Positions 14,369 to 15,619 of a stretch of DNA of 15,619 nucleotides are shown piece by piece. The DNA is taken from NCBI GenBank assembly GCA_030691585.1, contig JAUYEC010000109.1:1-15619 (forward strand), given 5' to 3'. The notes under the pieces are model-generated. The model was not told the DNA's origin and made no database searches. It worked only from the letters and a program-made list of their open reading frames with translations. Origin of the DNA: Candidatus Omnitrophota bacterium (GTDB lineage: Bacteria > Omnitrophota > Gorgyraeia > Gygaellales > Profunditerraquicolaceae). Position 1 is the first letter of the stretch. Each line of letters opens with the position of its first letter. Both the position numbers and the translations under genes were made by a program.

Positions 14369-15619
14369 TAACCACCAGGTCCGAGGTTCGAGTCCTCGAG
14401 GGGGAGCCAATTCTCTTTAAGCCCTATTCCCGATACAAGGGAATAGGGCTTTTTGGTTGAAAATAAAAGGTTTCTGTCTTTTAAGACGAGGTTCGAGCCG
14501 AGAATTTTCAAAAAATCGCGCTTGGCGCTGGGATTTCCTTGCCAAGCGACAGAACCAGCCCTGTTACAAGTAGTTACGAACTCCTTCGCCGGTTCGAGCC
14601 ACCCGCCGCCTGCTTTCTCTATCTCGCCAAGCCGCTCCTGTAAATCTTTCTTTTCGTTGAGTAATTTTGCCTTCTTATGCTGATATTCTTCCTGAGAAAT
14701 TTCCTTAGCAATATAAAGATCAATTAACCTTTCTATCTTCTCATCAAACTCTTTTAATTTGTCGGCGGCTTGGCGAGCCGCAAAGGAAGAGGCTGTGCCC
14801 TCATCCTTAGCTAATGCTTCAAAGCGATTAATTATTTTGTCTTTAATGTCATTATCTATAAACACATTTAAGATTGCATTGTTTATCTGCTCAAGCAAAG
14901 CCTCTTCCCTAAGGTACTTTTGCGTGCAGGCGGTAAGTTTCTTGGTACAGCGATAATAAACGTGACCCTTCTTAAGTTCTGCCGTAATGCTAGCTCCACA
15001 CTCACCGCATTTCATCAACCCGGTAAAAGTAAACTTATCAGCCGTCTTTTTAATAACTCGTGTTTTCTGTGCGATTACCGCCTGCACGCTGTCGTAAAGT
15101 TTCTTAGTGATAAGCGGCGGGTGGCTCGCCTCAAACCTTTCGTCCTTATAGACCATCACCCCATAATAGAAGGGGTTGCGTAGCATTTTGGCCAAACAAC
15201 TCTTAAAGATAGGCTTGCCCGCCTTCGCCGTAAGCCCCCACCTATGTACTTCCCTTAATAACTCCTCAAGCGAATAATTACCTGTAGCGTATAACTCAAA
15301 CGCCTTATAAACAAAACGTGCTTTTTCCGGGTTAGGTTTTACTGTATGGCTTACGGCGTCGTTGTAGTAACCAAGCGGCGCAGTGCCCGGCCATTCGCCA
15401 CGGCGCAGTTTCTCTCTTAAGCCACGCTTAACATTTTCAGCGAGATTATCTATATAATATTTGCTCTGTCCGAACGCAATAGAAAGCATAAATTTTCCCT
15501 GCGCCGTGGCGTCAAAGCGGTAAGTGGGGAAACGTAGGTCAACGATCTTGCCGATATCAACCAAGTAGATAATCTTTCCGCCGTCAATGGAGTTGCGGGC
15601 AAGCCTATCCGGATGCCAG
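14362..15619 (-). CDS. Large serine recombinase (integrase). The N-terminal catalytic domain runs beyond the window end. The C-terminus is encoded antisense to tRNA exon 2 and its terminator.
   Basis: The frame is open to 15619 (..DRLARNSIDGGKIIYLVDIGK.., a resolvase-domain remnant). It has a recombinase domain (PLGYYNDAV...NPFYYGVMVYK), a zinc ribbon (CGECGASITAELKKGHVYYRC) and a coiled-coil. The tail ..ENWLPLEDSNLGPGGYA is the antisense translation of the tRNA T-arm and acceptor. The stop (reverse complement of 14362-14364) falls inside the intron's 3' end. Confidence 0.85.
   Translation of the reverse strand, partial: WHPDRLARNSIDGGKIIYLVDIGKIVDLRFPTYRFDATAQGKFMLSIAFGQSKYYIDNLAENVKRGLREKLRRGEWPGTAPLGYYNDAVSHTVKPNPEKARFVYKAFELYATGNYSLEELLREVHRWGLTAKAGKPIFKSCLAKMLRNPFYYGVMVYKDERFEASHPPLITKKLYDSVQAVIAQKTRVIKKTADKFTFTGLMKCGECGASITAELKKGHVYYRCTKKLTACTQKYLREEALLEQINNAILNVFIDNDIKDKIINRFEALAKDEGTASSFAARQAADKLKEFDEKIERLIDLYIAKEISQEEYQHKKAKLLNEKKDLQERLGEIEKAGGGWLEPAKEFVTTCNRAGSVAWQGNPSAKRDFLKILGSNLVLKDRNLLFSTKKPYSLVSGIGLKENWLPLEDSNLGPGGYA
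14419..14455 (+). terminator. Rho-independent terminator downstream of the tRNA
   Basis: AAGCCCTATTCCC-GATACAA-GGGAATAGGGCTT is a 13-bp stem, followed by TTTT. Confidence 0.6.

Larger units (their letters stand above)
13806..14409 (+). tRNA. Intron-containing tRNA, most likely tRNA-Asn(GUU). Exon 1 is 13806-13840, exon 2 is 14369-14409 including the encoded CCA.
   Basis: Exon 1 is TCCCCCT-TA-GCTC-AGTCGGTA-GAGC-G-AGTGG-CTGT. Exon 2 is TAA-CCACC-AGGTC-CGAGG-TTCGAGT-CCTCG-AGGGGGA-G-CCA. Joined, they give a canonical 76-nt cloverleaf with a 7-bp acceptor stem, anticodon loop CUGUUAA, U1:A72 and G73, as in bacterial tRNA-Asn. The alternative junction 33/34 would give Thr(CGU) but fits identity elements worse. 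Confidence 0.7.

Noticed and set aside
13832-14371. Alternative reading of the split tRNA as tRNA-Thr(CGU), with the intron between positions 33 and 34
   Set aside because: This also satisfies U-before and G-before the splice sites. However, U1:A72, G73 and the CUGUUAA loop fit Asn. Bacterial tRNA-Thr normally has G1:C72 and A/U73. It is kept as a minority possibility.
14175-15183. ORFs 14175-14375 (-), 14453-14683 (+), 14759-14956 (+) and 14920-15183 (+)
   Set aside because: They are antisense to the HNH or recombinase genes, or lie within intron RNA structure. None has an SD.

Overview
This 15.6-kb window comes from what looks like an anaerobic bacterium with about 50 % GC and strong Shine-Dalgarno (SD) usage. 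Every supported protein gene from position 1 to about 13.4 kb is on the minus strand. Reading high to low coordinate they are: a YgjP-like metallohydrolase with a coupled secreted protein, corA, purU, an M50 site-2 protease, an unknown membrane protein, a glycine-zipper lipoprotein, a flavodoxin/2x[4Fe-4S] ferredoxin fusion, a 64-aa membrane peptide, a B12-binding radical SAM enzyme, a thioredoxin-CcdA/DsbD fusion with a translationally coupled DUF1573 secreted protein, an HtpX-like M48 protease carrying an EF-hand, a rubrerythrin-SPFH-membrane protein operon, and lysS (partial). lysS has a consensus sigma70 promoter and an unusual repeat-built leader. The plus strand carries a Pmp3/YqaE proteolipid gene and the most striking feature: a tRNA, most likely Asn(GUU), split in the anticodon loop by a 528-nt group I intron with canonical R/S core elements that encodes an HNH endonuclease. 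The 3' exon of this tRNA and its terminator are overlapped in antisense by the C-terminus of a large serine recombinase that runs off the right edge, suggesting the boundary of an integrated element. Two families of palindromic intergenic repeats (GTAGGGACAG...CTGTCCCTAC, and GGGGGACGTT...AACGTCCCCC) recur between genes. The supplied ORF track uses GTG/TTG as starts. Several starts were therefore moved to internal ATGs with good SD, and all antisense ORFs were rejected.
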